Positions 1 through 9,527 of a stretch of 64,000 bases of DNA are shown here, piece by piece. Under the pieces are notes generated by a model. It saw only the letters and a list, made by a program, of their open reading frames with translations. It searched no databases and was not told the origin of the DNA. The translations under genes were made by a program, and so were the position numbers. The DNA comes from Gemmatimonadota bacterium (lineage in GTDB: Bacteria; Gemmatimonadota; Gemmatimonadetes; Palauibacterales; Palauibacteraceae), in NCBI GenBank assembly GCA_039587755.1, contig JBDHBD010000006.1:9020-73019 (forward strand), in the 5' to 3' direction. Each line of letters opens with the position of its first letter. Position 1 is the stretch's first letter.

Positions 1-977
1 GTGGGGTGCGCCAACTGCTCGTTGGCCGCCTGCCGCACGATCTCCTCTACTTCGCTGTCACTGTAGCGCCGGACCGCGCCCTCCTCGGCCCGCACTGGCA
101 CCTGATCGGTCGCTGCGGCACCGTCGGCGGCGCGGACCGTAGGCTCCTCCTCGCGGAGCGCGAGCAGAAACGCGTCTACGGTTTCGATCCGATCGCGCGC
201 GCGCATGGCGAGAGCGCCCACCAGCGCGCGTTCGATGGATCCACCGAGCTCCCGGAGCGCACGGTGCCGTTCGGGCAAGTCGACCAACTTGCCGAGCTTG
301 AGCGATTCTTCATCCGACTGCCACATGCTGGGGGGCTCGCCGAGCAACATCTCGTAGAGAACACAGCCCAGACTGTACACGTCGGTTCGGGCGTCGAGAT
401 CGTGCTCGCCCACCGCCTGTTCGGGGCTTACGTATCCCGGGGTGCCGAGTGCCAGGCCGGTCCGGGTGAGCTTCGCGCCGCCGGCCGTGGTTACGGCCCG
501 CGCGATGCCGAAGTCCGCGACCATGGGATGCCCCTCGGAGAACAGGATGTTCTCTGGTTTGATGTCGCGGTGCAGGACGCCCTTCCGATGGGCGTAGCTC
601 AGCGCATCACCGACAGCTTCGACGATGCCTAGGGCCGCCTCCGCATCCATGCGCTTCTCGCGGAGAAGGCGTGCTCGCAGAGACTCGCCGTCGATGAACG
701 GCATGACGTAGAAGAGGAACCCGGCGGCCTCCCCCGAATCATGGAGCGGAACGATGTGTGGGTGTGTCAGGCGAGCGGCGATCTCGATTTCCTTGAGGAA
801 CCGTTCCACGCCCAGCGATGCGGCGAGTTCCGGTTTGAGCACCTTGATGGCAACGTAGCGGTTGTGCCGCACATCTCGGGCGAGGTGTACAGTAGCCATG
901 CCGCCCGCACCGATTTCTCGCTCGACCACATAGCGGTCACGGATCGCTTCGGTGAAGGCTGTGGGGAGGTCGGACAT
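1..977 (-). CDS. Hanks-type Ser/Thr protein kinase (3' end runs off the window)
   Basis: Manual translation from ATG at 977: MSDLPTAFTEAIRDRYVVEREIGAGGMATVHLA...VAIKVLKPE...HRDIKPENIL...ADFGIAR. Absent from the ORF track because there is no stop in the window. Confidence 0.93.
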   Translation of the reverse strand, partial: MSDLPTAFTEAIRDRYVVEREIGAGGMATVHLARDVRHNRYVAIKVLKPELAASLGVERFLKEIEIAARLTHPHIVPLHDSGEAAGFLFYVMPFIDGESLRARLLREKRMDAEAALGIVEAVGDALSYAHRKGVLHRDIKPENILFSEGHPMVADFGIARAVTTAGGAKLTRTGLALGTPGYVSPEQAVGEHDLDARTDVYSLGCVLYEMLLGEPPSMWQSDEESLKLGKLVDLPERHRALRELGGSIERALVGALAMRARDRIETVDAFLLALREEEPTVRAADGAAATDQVPVRAEEGAVRRYSDSEVEEIVRQAANEQLAHP

Positions 978-1165
978 TGAAAAAACATATGGGCGGAGGT
1001 GCTAGACCGTCACCTCCGCTTGGGGCGCAGCTCCCAGCAATCGCGACCTCACTTCAGCCTATCGCTCCTGTCTGAGTGAATGTTAGACTCTATCGCCTCA
1101 TTCTCGGGATTCCGGAGATTGGGTGCGGCAGCACGCTGCTCTTCGTTACGGGAGTACAAGGCGCG

Positions 1166-2737
1166 ATGCAGAGGATTACGACAACCCGTCTCATGACTCT
1201 CGGGCTCCTTCTCGCTCTCTCAGCTGCTTTTGCCCGAGTTGTCTTTCTTCCGGATGCGACGACGGACGGCGCCGACTCCGTGTACCGTGTTTGGGGAAGC
1301 ATGCGATGGCTCGAAGACCCGCATCTGATCACTCACGGGGTGTGGGGGCCGCTTCACTACTATCTCCTGGCTCTCGTGCTCTGGATCTGGCCGGATCCTG
1401 TCCATGGTACGGTGGGACTTCATGTCGTGATCGGCGTCGCGACGCCTCTTCTGGTCTACGTGTTCACGCGGACCGCAATCGCCGGCCCAAGAGCCGCACT
1501 CCTCGTGGCGCTCACGTACGCAATCTACCCAATCGCTATACGCAACAGTCTTCAGGTTCGCTCGGAAGTGCCTTTCATCCTTCTCGTCATGATCGGGTTG
1601 ATCTTCATCGAGTTGGCCCGTGGCGAGAAAGGCTCCTGGAAGCACGCGCTGGTCGCAGGAACCTCTCTAACCCTCGCAGCGATGCTTCGTTACGAAGCGT
1701 GGATGCTCATAGGGTTTCTGGCACTTCTCCTCTGGCGAAAACCACGGCTCATGGGCGTCTTTATCGCATGCGCGGTTGTCCACCCGCTCTTTTGGATGGT
1801 GGGGAACGGGATCCATAGCGGCGATCCACTCTACGGCGTCACCTTCGCGACCCGATGGGAGCAGGAGGCTATGGGCCGGGCCATGATCCCGTTGAGGACT
1901 CGGACCCTCCAGGCCGTCGAGTATCCCGGCACGATCCTCAGGGGCATGACCTTACCGATGGGCGTCATCGCGATAGCCGGAGCAGTCGTCGCTTTGATCA
2001 AACGCGAGCGATGTCGAGCTTGGCTGCTGCCGATGGGGGGGCTCGTGCTGCTTCTATTGTGGAGCGTCACACGCGGTGCACTAGTGCCCAAGATCAACTA
2101 CACGGTCACGGTCGGGACGATGTTGTTTCCGTTCACCGCAGTAGTGTGGCGCCGCATTGGCGTCGAGAGCTGGCCTGTGACCCGCATGCTCGTGCTCGGT
2201 GCGTCACTTCTCGGGCTGATGGTATTCTCGATGCGCTGGAGCTGGATGAACGCCGTTGGGCTTGCCGGACTGACAAGCACTCATCCCGTTCCGGCCATCC
2301 GAAACCAGGACACGGCGTTGACCCTGCCCGAGATCATCGACCGTAACATGCCGACCGAGCCGGCACTCATTACTGACTTCTACGGATGGGGGCCCAGCTC
2401 GTACGTCGCTTTCCTCACCCGGCTTTCGCCCGACCGAATACTGGCGGTGACAGGTGCCCCGCAACGCGAGATCGATGTCGATGGGGTCTCGACCTTCTTG
2501 GAACGCTACCCGGAAGGCATTCTGATCGCGCTCGAGGGTTCCAGATTTTCGAATGCCATCGGAATCCGAGACGGTGAAACGGCCAGGGTCGGCGAGCTCA
2601 GGCTTCTCTTAGAGAGAGTCTATCGAGTCCCCTGGCCGCCCGGGGACCCACCCCCCTTCTTGGACGTGCTCCGATATCGGCTTGCCGGCAACGGAGATCC
2701 AGAAGCACGGGCGTCATGGAATGGATCACCCCCCTGA
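1166..2737 (+). CDS. GT-C fold membrane glycosyltransferase (ArnT/PMT, GT39/GT83-like)
   Basis: Many hydrophobic helices; early luminal D-x-x-Y-R and W-G-P-L-H-Y-Y loop; RSEVPF and LRYEAW motifs typical of ArnT/PMT_2. ATG 1166 follows GGAG. Confidence 0.7.
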   Translation: MQRITTTRLMTLGLLLALSAAFARVVFLPDATTDGADSVYRVWGSMRWLEDPHLITHGVWGPLHYYLLALVLWIWPDPVHGTVGLHVVIGVATPLLVYVFTRTAIAGPRAALLVALTYAIYPIAIRNSLQVRSEVPFILLVMIGLIFIELARGEKGSWKHALVAGTSLTLAAMLRYEAWMLIGFLALLLWRKPRLMGVFIACAVVHPLFWMVGNGIHSGDPLYGVTFATRWEQEAMGRAMIPLRTRTLQAVEYPGTILRGMTLPMGVIAIAGAVVALIKRERCRAWLLPMGGLVLLLLWSVTRGALVPKINYTVTVGTMLFPFTAVVWRRIGVESWPVTRMLVLGASLLGLMVFSMRWSWMNAVGLAGLTSTHPVPAIRNQDTALTLPEIIDRNMPTEPALITDFYGWGPSSYVAFLTRLSPDRILAVTGAPQREIDVDGVSTFLERYPEGILIALEGSRFSNAIGIRDGETARVGELRLLLERVYRVPWPPGDPPPFLDVLRYRLAGNGDPEARASWNGSPP

Positions 2738-2937
2738 CGCTAAGCAGGGGTGACACCGCCAGGCGACCAACCCAAAAAGTTGAGGAAGGCTCGCTCCCAG
2801 GACTAGCTCAGGGCCGCGATCCCGCACTTCGAGGCCATGGGGCCTAAGGACGAGCGCGGCCAGTAGGGGTGCCAGCCGGATCGCTTGGCAGTATGCTATA
2901 GAGACCCATCGATAAGTGTATAGACAGGGAGGTAGCC

Positions 2938-3924
2938 ATGCTCTGTCGCCGCATGCTGCAACTCGCCGCTCTCTCGCTCCTGGTGCTCCCCGCCTCTGGT
3001 TTCACGCAGGATTCCAATGTTCTTCTTCCGATTCCCGAGATCGAACGCCGGCTGGAGAACGAAGCGTTCGAGGTCACCCTGATGCGCCCGTCTCGTGGAA
3101 TCCCAGGAGAACGGACGAACAACGTGATCCTGGAGTACGGGGACGGGACCATGATTCAGGCCAAGTGGGCGCCGGCTCCCAGAGGAGGGTTCGAATTCAA
3201 CAACCAGCCGCGACTCGAGATCGCGGTGTACGAGCTGCAGAAGCTGTTTCTCGACGAGCCGGACTACGTCGTCCCGCCCACGCTGGCTCGTTGCGTGCCG
3301 ATCGACGAGTACCCCGAGCTCGACGAAGATGCGCCCAGGCCCCGGCGGACCTTCAGCGGGTCGGACGAGGTGCTGGTGGTGCTCCAGTACTGGCTGTGGA
3401 ACGTGGACATGGGCTCTCCCGCGAAAGACTTCATCGATGAGGACAGGTTCGAGCAGGATCCCGTGTATGCTCGACACTCCGCGAACTTCAGTCTTCTCGG
3501 CTACTTGATCCGTCATCGGGATTCGAACCAGGGGAACTTCCTGCGCTCTAGAGACCCCGAGAATCCGCGCGCGTTCTTGATCGACAACGGAATCGCGTTC
3601 GAGAGCGAAGGTGAAAGCACCCGCGGCGACTACTGGGAGAAGCTCCGCGTGAAGCGGCTCCCCCGCTCGTCGGTCGAACGACTTCGCGCGCTCACGGAGG
3701 AGGACCTGCACAAAGCGCTCGGCGTATTCACCGAGTTCCGTGAGGACGCGAGCGGCAACGTCGTTGCCGTGGAACCGAGCGCCAATCTGCGACCGGAGTT
3801 CGGGATCCGTCCCGAGGGTCGGGTGGTCCAGCTGGGACTCACGAGATTCGAGATCGGCAAGCTGTATGATCGGATTCAGCGGGTCTTGGGCGACGTCGAC
3901 AAAGGGAAGCTGGAGCTCTTCTGA
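2938..3924 (+). CDS. Secreted atypical kinase-like protein (PI3K/PI4K/Fam20-like motifs)
   Basis: GGGAGG RBS and signal peptide; motifs EIAVYELQKL..VVPPT, HRDSNQGN, LIDNG. Confidence 0.6.
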   Translation: MLCRRMLQLAALSLLVLPASGFTQDSNVLLPIPEIERRLENEAFEVTLMRPSRGIPGERTNNVILEYGDGTMIQAKWAPAPRGGFEFNNQPRLEIAVYELQKLFLDEPDYVVPPTLARCVPIDEYPELDEDAPRPRRTFSGSDEVLVVLQYWLWNVDMGSPAKDFIDEDRFEQDPVYARHSANFSLLGYLIRHRDSNQGNFLRSRDPENPRAFLIDNGIAFESEGESTRGDYWEKLRVKRLPRSSVERLRALTEEDLHKALGVFTEFREDASGNVVAVEPSANLRPEFGIRPEGRVVQLGLTRFEIGKLYDRIQRVLGDVDKGKLELF

Positions 3925-3928
3925 GGCG

Positions 3929-3944
3929 CCCCTCTAGCGAGGGG
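3929..3944. terminator. Short GC hairpin between convergent genes
   Basis: CCCCTC-TAGC-GAGGGG in the 28-bp gap between two stop codons; no U-tract. Confidence 0.3.
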
Positions 3945-3952
3945 ATGGCGTT

Positions 3953-6385
3953 CTACCGTCCCGTCTCTGCCTCCGAACCCCCCGAGAGAGGCGGGGGCAC
4001 GACGGGAAGCGGGACCGGGTGCTCGTTTCCCGGTTCATACCGCAGGTTCATCCGCCGCAGCAGGGCCTGGTAGCGCGGATCCTCCTGGTACGGCTTCCAC
4101 AGGTACGTATTCTGAGAGGAGACGACCCAAGCCAGCCAGGCGTGGGGCGGATCGTACTCGAGCCAGCGGAACGCCTCGTCCAGGTTCCCGAGCTCTGCAT
4201 TGAGGAGCGCCAGACTGTACGCGTTCCAGCTGCTGGGCGGCTGGGCTTCGATCTGCCGCAGGATTCGCCGCGCGTCCTCTGTCCGACCCGCCCGCGCGTA
4301 GGTCCGGCCCAGCGGCTCCGACCACGTCGGGCGAACGGTGGCGAGCTGCTCATGGGCTGCGATGGCCTCTTCGTACAGGCCCAACCGTGCGGCCGTCTCG
4401 CCAAGGACGAAATGCGCGGTAACACCCGGGTCGTACCGCGTCACGTTCTCTCGCGCCTGCGGCAATGCCCGTTCGTAGTCTCCGGAGAACCAGTGCAACG
4501 CCGGAAGCCACGTGGTGTGGAGGGGGGTCAGGGGATCCAGCTCTCTCGCTCGTTCGTGCTCGACCACGGCCTCATCCACGCGCCCGAACAGGACCAGATA
4601 CCAGGCGTAGTGATAGTGGTTCATGGCCAGGCTGGGGTTCAACTCGTCGGCCCGTCGGAACGCCCGTTCGGCCCCCGCCCAGTCCCGTTCTGAGTACGTC
4701 TTGTAGTCGGCCAGGGCCGCCCAGCCCTCGGCCAGTGTCGAGTCGAGTCGAATCGCCCGCTCGGCGGCCGCTCGTGCGCGGGGCCACGCGTCGTCGGGAG
4801 GGTCGAACCCGTGGCCGAGGGTGGCGTACGCGAGGGCCAATCCCGCGTAGGCCAGCGGGTCGGCCGGATTCTGCTCCACGGCCTGGTTGAAGTAGTCGAT
4901 GGCTGTGTTGGCATCCTCTCTCGTACGACGGTTGTTCAGGACGTGCATGCCCCGGAGGTAGGCCTCGTAGACCGCGGGGTTCACCGGAGCCGCCTCGCCG
5001 AGGCGAGCCTCGTCCTCAGGGCTCAGGCTGAGCCGGATCTGGTCGGCGATGGCCCGGGCGAAACCCCGGTAAAGGGCCACGATGTTCGGCAGTACGCCGT
5101 CGAAGGACGCGGTCCAGATCTGCCGCTCGTCCCCGTCGTACAGCCGGGCGGCGATCTCCAGGCTGTCGCCCGCTCGATACAGGGAGCCCTCGATGACTCC
5201 GTCCACGCCCAGCTCCTGGGCGATCTCACGGATCCCTTTGTCCGAGTCTCTGTAGCGGGCCATGGTCCTCCGCGCGGTCACCGAGAGGCCCAGCTGACCC
5301 AGCTCGGCGATCAGGGCCTCGTGAACACCGGCCGCTACGTACTCCTGCTCCGGGTCGTTAGTGAGATCCGTGAGGGGCAGCACGGCCAACCGCTCCATGC
5401 GCTGGCCTCCCATCACGGTGACGATCCTCCAGGCCGCCAGGGCCAGCACGGCCACACCGATCACCGAGCCTGTCACTCGCCGCTTCGACTGCCCCGTCCC
5501 GGTCGGAGCCCGGACCCCACGGGCGGTCGACGGCACGGAGGGCGGAGGTGCCGTCTCGGGCGCCTTGAGCGCCTTGACGAAGTCCCCGGCCGTGTCGAAG
5601 CGTTGACCCGGCTCCTTCGCCATGGCCCGCTGGATTACCGTGTCCAGCGCGGGCGTCACCTCAGGTTGTGTCTCCCTAACCGAGGGTGGAGGGCGGTGCA
5701 GGTGCCCGGCCAACACTTCCGGTGGGCTGGTCCCCGTATAGGGCGGCTGCCCCGTGAGCATGGCATAGAGCACACAGCCCAGGGCATAGATGTCCATCCG
5801 GCCGTCCAGCTCCCACTCCCCGGTCACCTGCTCCGGGCTCATGTAGAACGGGGTGCCGATGATCTGGCCCGTCGCGGTGAGTTTGCTGCCACCCGCTTCG
5901 CCTACGGCCCGGGCCACACCGAAGTCGGTGATGCGGGCATGCCCACCGCTCAGCATGATGTTGCTGGGCTTGATGTCCCGGTGGATCACCCCCCGGCTGT
6001 GCGCGTAGTCCAGAGCGTCGGCCACTTCCTTGGCGATCCGGACCGCTTCATCCACCGGGAGGGCACCTTCCCGTTCCAGCCGTTCCTGGAGATCCTCGCC
6101 CTCTATGTACGGCAGCACGACGTAGAGCAAGCCGTCGACCTCACCCGAGTCGATCATGCCCAAGATGTGGGGGTGCTCCAGGTGGGCGGTGACCCGTATT
6201 TCCTGCTGGAAGCGGTCGGCGGCCAGGGTGGCAGTCAGCTCGGGGCGCATCACCTTGATGGCCACCGGGCGGCCATGCTTCAGGTCCTCGGCCAGGTACA
6301 CTGTGGCCATGCCGCCGCGGCCGATCTCGTGCTCGATGCGGTAGCGGCCCACAAGAGCCTTGGTCAGTCGCTTCTGATCGTCCAC
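3953..6385 (-). CDS. Ser/Thr protein kinase with TM helix, TolB-N-like domain and TPR repeats
   Basis: IGRGGMATVY, VAIK, HRDIKPSN, DFG, GTPFYMSPEQ; then TM, LAVLPL..D.EQEY, TPR helices. Likely GTG start at 6385. Confidence 0.93.
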   Translation of the reverse strand: MDDQKRLTKALVGRYRIEHEIGRGGMATVYLAEDLKHGRPVAIKVMRPELTATLAADRFQQEIRVTAHLEHPHILGMIDSGEVDGLLYVVLPYIEGEDLQERLEREGALPVDEAVRIAKEVADALDYAHSRGVIHRDIKPSNIMLSGGHARITDFGVARAVGEAGGSKLTATGQIIGTPFYMSPEQVTGEWELDGRMDIYALGCVLYAMLTGQPPYTGTSPPEVLAGHLHRPPPSVRETQPEVTPALDTVIQRAMAKEPGQRFDTAGDFVKALKAPETAPPPSVPSTARGVRAPTGTGQSKRRVTGSVIGVAVLALAAWRIVTVMGGQRMERLAVLPLTDLTNDPEQEYVAAGVHEALIAELGQLGLSVTARRTMARYRDSDKGIREIAQELGVDGVIEGSLYRAGDSLEIAARLYDGDERQIWTASFDGVLPNIVALYRGFARAIADQIRLSLSPEDEARLGEAAPVNPAVYEAYLRGMHVLNNRRTREDANTAIDYFNQAVEQNPADPLAYAGLALAYATLGHGFDPPDDAWPRARAAAERAIRLDSTLAEGWAALADYKTYSERDWAGAERAFRRADELNPSLAMNHYHYAWYLVLFGRVDEAVVEHERARELDPLTPLHTTWLPALHWFSGDYERALPQARENVTRYDPGVTAHFVLGETAARLGLYEEAIAAHEQLATVRPTWSEPLGRTYARAGRTEDARRILRQIEAQPPSSWNAYSLALLNAELGNLDEAFRWLEYDPPHAWLAWVVSSQNTYLWKPYQEDPRYQALLRRMNLRYEPGNEHPVPLPVVPPPLSGGSEAETGR

Positions 6386-6606
6386 AGCGTCGGCCCCGGT
6401 GAGACTCGATTTCCTTCCAACCCGGTCGAGCACCAAGAGAAACGATGTGATCTGCGCACGCTGCGGGCAAGGATACGCGTACGCCTTACGTCATCACGTG
6501 CATGCCGTGGTCACACCCAAACAGGTAATGACAGATCGGGATCACGTCGTGAAATGTGCAGGCGGCCGCAAAGAACAGGATGCTGCGCTATACCGTCGGG
6601 GTCTCG

Positions 6607-7557
6607 TTACCCGGGCCCACAGGCTTGCTCCAACTCCATCGCCGCCCTGGCAAACGCGGTTCCGAGGCGCAGGTACCCATCGGTATCGTAGTGCCAGCCG
6701 TCATCGAGGTAGCTGATCTCTTCAGTGATCGTTACCAGCGTCGCGCATTTATCTCTGCTGGTGAATGCTTCTTGGGCACTCTGCACGGCATCGATGTAGT
6801 CCATCACCGATCCATCCTCGGCCATCCCCGAGTCGGTGATCTTGCCGATAACCACCGGTAAGTCGTCGATGCGCAGGGCTGACCTCAACAGATTCATCAT
6901 GCGCTCGAGGTTTTCTTCGTAGGCGTCCGCCGATTCCTCACTATCATATGCGTCGGCCTCTCCCTGCATCCAAACGATTCCCGCAGGCCCAAGCCGATCG
7001 GCCTTGCCATCACCGTCGATATCGGCCACGGAGAGTGCATTGCGGATGGTGGTCAGCGCGTGGTCGTACTGATTGAGGCCCTCGCCGTCCGCATAATCAG
7101 GATCCCAGCTGCCGTATCCCACGCCGGCTGCGAGACCCGTTCCACCCATCGAGTACTTGACAATGGCGATGCGGGACTGCGGTTTAAGGTTGCCGATCGT
7201 CCTCCCGAACATGAGTTCCGGTCCGAAACGGTCTGCAATCTGGTTGGCCGTACCATCTGTTCTGAACCCTGTACCGTAACCGGGTCTCAGCGGCTCCCAA
7301 ACGCCGATCCCACCCGCGGGATCGTCATCCAGGGCGCTCAGACCCGTAAAGATCATGACGCGGTCCGCTTCCCCCCGCAGCTGATCCGGGAGCTCGTCTA
7401 CATAGCCGTAGCCGTCCATGTTCGACTGACCGCCCAGGAAGTAAAGCTCGAAAGTACTTGTGGCCGTTGGGGAGCCGGGCGCACAGCCCGTCATCGCCAC
7501 GGCGACGGCTGCTACGGCCACGACCGCGGTGGCGCACCGTCTACCGAGAGGATTCAC
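6607..7557 (-). CDS. SGNH carbohydrate acetylesterase (SASA/CE6-like), lipoprotein
   Basis: GQSNM, FGPE, WMQGEAD, DGWH motifs; lipobox MTGC; GTG start 7557 after AGAGGG. Confidence 0.85.
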   Translation of the reverse strand: MNPLGRRCATAVVAVAAVAVAMTGCAPGSPTATSTFELYFLGGQSNMDGYGYVDELPDQLRGEADRVMIFTGLSALDDDPAGGIGVWEPLRPGYGTGFRTDGTANQIADRFGPELMFGRTIGNLKPQSRIAIVKYSMGGTGLAAGVGYGSWDPDYADGEGLNQYDHALTTIRNALSVADIDGDGKADRLGPAGIVWMQGEADAYDSEESADAYEENLERMMNLLRSALRIDDLPVVIGKITDSGMAEDGSVMDYIDAVQSAQEAFTSRDKCATLVTITEEISYLDDGWHYDTDGYLRLGTAFARAAMELEQACGPG

Positions 7558-8000
7558 GATCCCTCTGCCTGTAGTGCCAGTCGTCCCTGCCCTCGGCCAC
7601 GGGTCGATAGCGAAAGAAATCGAAGTCCGCATAGTTGTCTGTGGATGCTCCGTTGGAGGTTGCATACAGGCCAATGTAGACGCCCGTGTAGTTGTACCCT
7701 TCGATCACCGCAGGTGAGAGCGACTTGGGACCTGTCGTGCAGCGTGTAACTGATCAATTCCCAATTGACCAGATCCGTGCTGTGATAGATGGGGATGCCG
7801 GGGAAGTACTCGAACGTCGACGTGACGAGGTAGAAATCGTCGTCGACCCTGGCAATGGAGGGATCGGGCGCGAATCCTGAGATGATCGGGTTGCTGAAGT
7901 ACACCTTCGGATCTGCACGCTGATCGTCGGTTGTGGGTCTGCACCCCGCCAACGACCAGAGAGTCCAAAGCAGCAACGGCACATGAAGCAGTCGATTCAT
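7541..8000 (-). pseudogene. GH43 beta-xylosidase-like gene with large internal deletion and frameshift
   Basis: N-terminus NPIISGFAPDPSIARVDDDFYLVTSTFEYFPGIPIYHSTDLVNW joins near 7725, out of frame, to a GH43 C-terminal tail SLSPAVIEGYNYTGVYIGLYATSNG..ADFDFFRY ending at TAG 7541-7543. Confidence 0.85.
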
Positions 8001-8025
8001 TACGCCAGTCCTGCGCCGAAATGCC

Positions 8026-9318
8026 TCAGCCACGAATAACGAACGAGCGGTCGAGCCCTCCGACGGACGAGACGCCATGGAGCTGCATCGCGAGGCGCAG
8101 TTCCTCCCGCAGGATTTCCAACACCTTCTCCACTCCCTCCTGGCCGAATGCCGCCAGGCCCCAGATGTACGGTCGACCGATGCAGATGGCGTCGGCGCCA
8201 AGAGCGAGCGCCTTGAGCACATCCGTACCGCGCCGGAAGCCACCGTCCACAAGCACGGGAATACGTCCGCTTACGGCATTCACGACCTCCGGCAAGCTCT
8301 CGATCGAGCTCCGTCCGCTGGCTTCCGCTCGACCCCCGTGGTTGGATACGATGATGGCGTCCGCGCCGTACTGGACGCACCGCTGCGCATCGTCGTCCCG
8401 GACGATGCCTTTCACGATGATCTGCATCTCCGTCGTGTCTCGGAGCCGCCCAATGAAGTCCCACGTCATGGACGGCGTCGCGAAGTTCACCTGTCCCATT
8501 TCGAGGCCGTCGAACATCGGCTTTCGACGCAGCCATCCGGTCGGGAAGTTCATCGGATCGTCGTCGCCCGGCGCCTCCTCGTGGCAGGTCTCGCAGTCGC
8601 GCGAGTCCCTCTGGATGAAGCGCTCCAACGTCTCCCGATTGCTTTCAACGGGCAGATCGACCGTCAGCACGAGCGCCTCGCAACCAGCACCCTCCGCCCG
8701 GCGAATGAGCGCTTCAGCGACGGTCCAGCTCGACGTGGGATAAAGCTGGTACCAGACGGGTCGACGGCGGGCGGCGTTCACGTCCTCCACCGATTCAGTC
8801 GTGACCGTGGACAGGATCTGATGGTGGCCTGCAGCGGCCGAGGCCCGCGCTGTCGCAAGCTCCCCTTCGGCGTGAAACGCCTTCTGGCTGGCCACGGGTG
8901 CGAGGACGATCGGCGTCTCCCATCGCTCTCCTAACAACTCCACACTCATGTCGATGTCGGAGACGTCGACCAGCCTACGTGCCCGGAGGTCGAAGCGCTC
9001 GAACCCTTCCCGATTGGCACGCAGCGTCTCGTCGCCATCCACGCCGGTGGCCAGGTACCCGTAGTGGGCCGGGGGAAGGACCTGCTCGGCCACCTCCCGG
9101 AAATCGAACACGTTGATCGCGTCATTCGGAGACGCGATGCGGTCGGCCAGCTCCTGCACAGCTTTCTCCCGTGATGTAGTTCCCGAGAGCGTGCTCTCCG
9201 GCCTCGAGCTGCCGGCATTCGGGCTAGCGCATGCTTGCAGTCCGAGCAGAGAAAGGAACGGGCTGCCGGCGAGGAAGCGAATGAAGGCCCGACGAGACGG
9301 ATGCATGAGTTCGTGCAT
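8026..9318 (-). CDS. FMN-dependent alpha-hydroxy acid dehydrogenase/oxidase with Tat (lipo)signal
   Basis: SRRAFI Tat motif, LQAC lipobox; LAPVA, WYQLY, LTVD, VKGI, SNHGGR, DGGFRRGTDVLKALALGA. ATG 9318 after GGAG. Confidence 0.92.
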   Translation of the reverse strand: MHELMHPSRRAFIRFLAGSPFLSLLGLQACASPNAGSSRPESTLSGTTSREKAVQELADRIASPNDAINVFDFREVAEQVLPPAHYGYLATGVDGDETLRANREGFERFDLRARRLVDVSDIDMSVELLGERWETPIVLAPVASQKAFHAEGELATARASAAAGHHQILSTVTTESVEDVNAARRRPVWYQLYPTSSWTVAEALIRRAEGAGCEALVLTVDLPVESNRETLERFIQRDSRDCETCHEEAPGDDDPMNFPTGWLRRKPMFDGLEMGQVNFATPSMTWDFIGRLRDTTEMQIIVKGIVRDDDAQRCVQYGADAIIVSNHGGRAEASGRSSIESLPEVVNAVSGRIPVLVDGGFRRGTDVLKALALGADAICIGRPYIWGLAAFGQEGVEKVLEILREELRLAMQLHGVSSVGGLDRSFVIRG

Positions 9319-9527
9319 TGCGGATCTCCAGGTTGGATGGAAGCCCCATGATGCAGCGACCTTCATGGCCGATGCCAGTCCAGGCGGTCGATGCACGACA
9401 AGCAGGCGGGCCGGTCCACGAGTCATTAGATTGGGAGCGCCCAATCCTGAACACCCGCTGATCGCGAATCGTCGGCGCATTCGCGAGTCTTTGTCCTGAA
9501 AAGGGCGACAAGCCGAGGAGATAGCGA

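Noticed and set aside
4811-6691. Long antisense ORFs (626 aa here; also 58840-60327 and 60360-62108)
   Set aside because: Shadow frames opposite well-supported genes, expected in high-GC DNA; no motifs.
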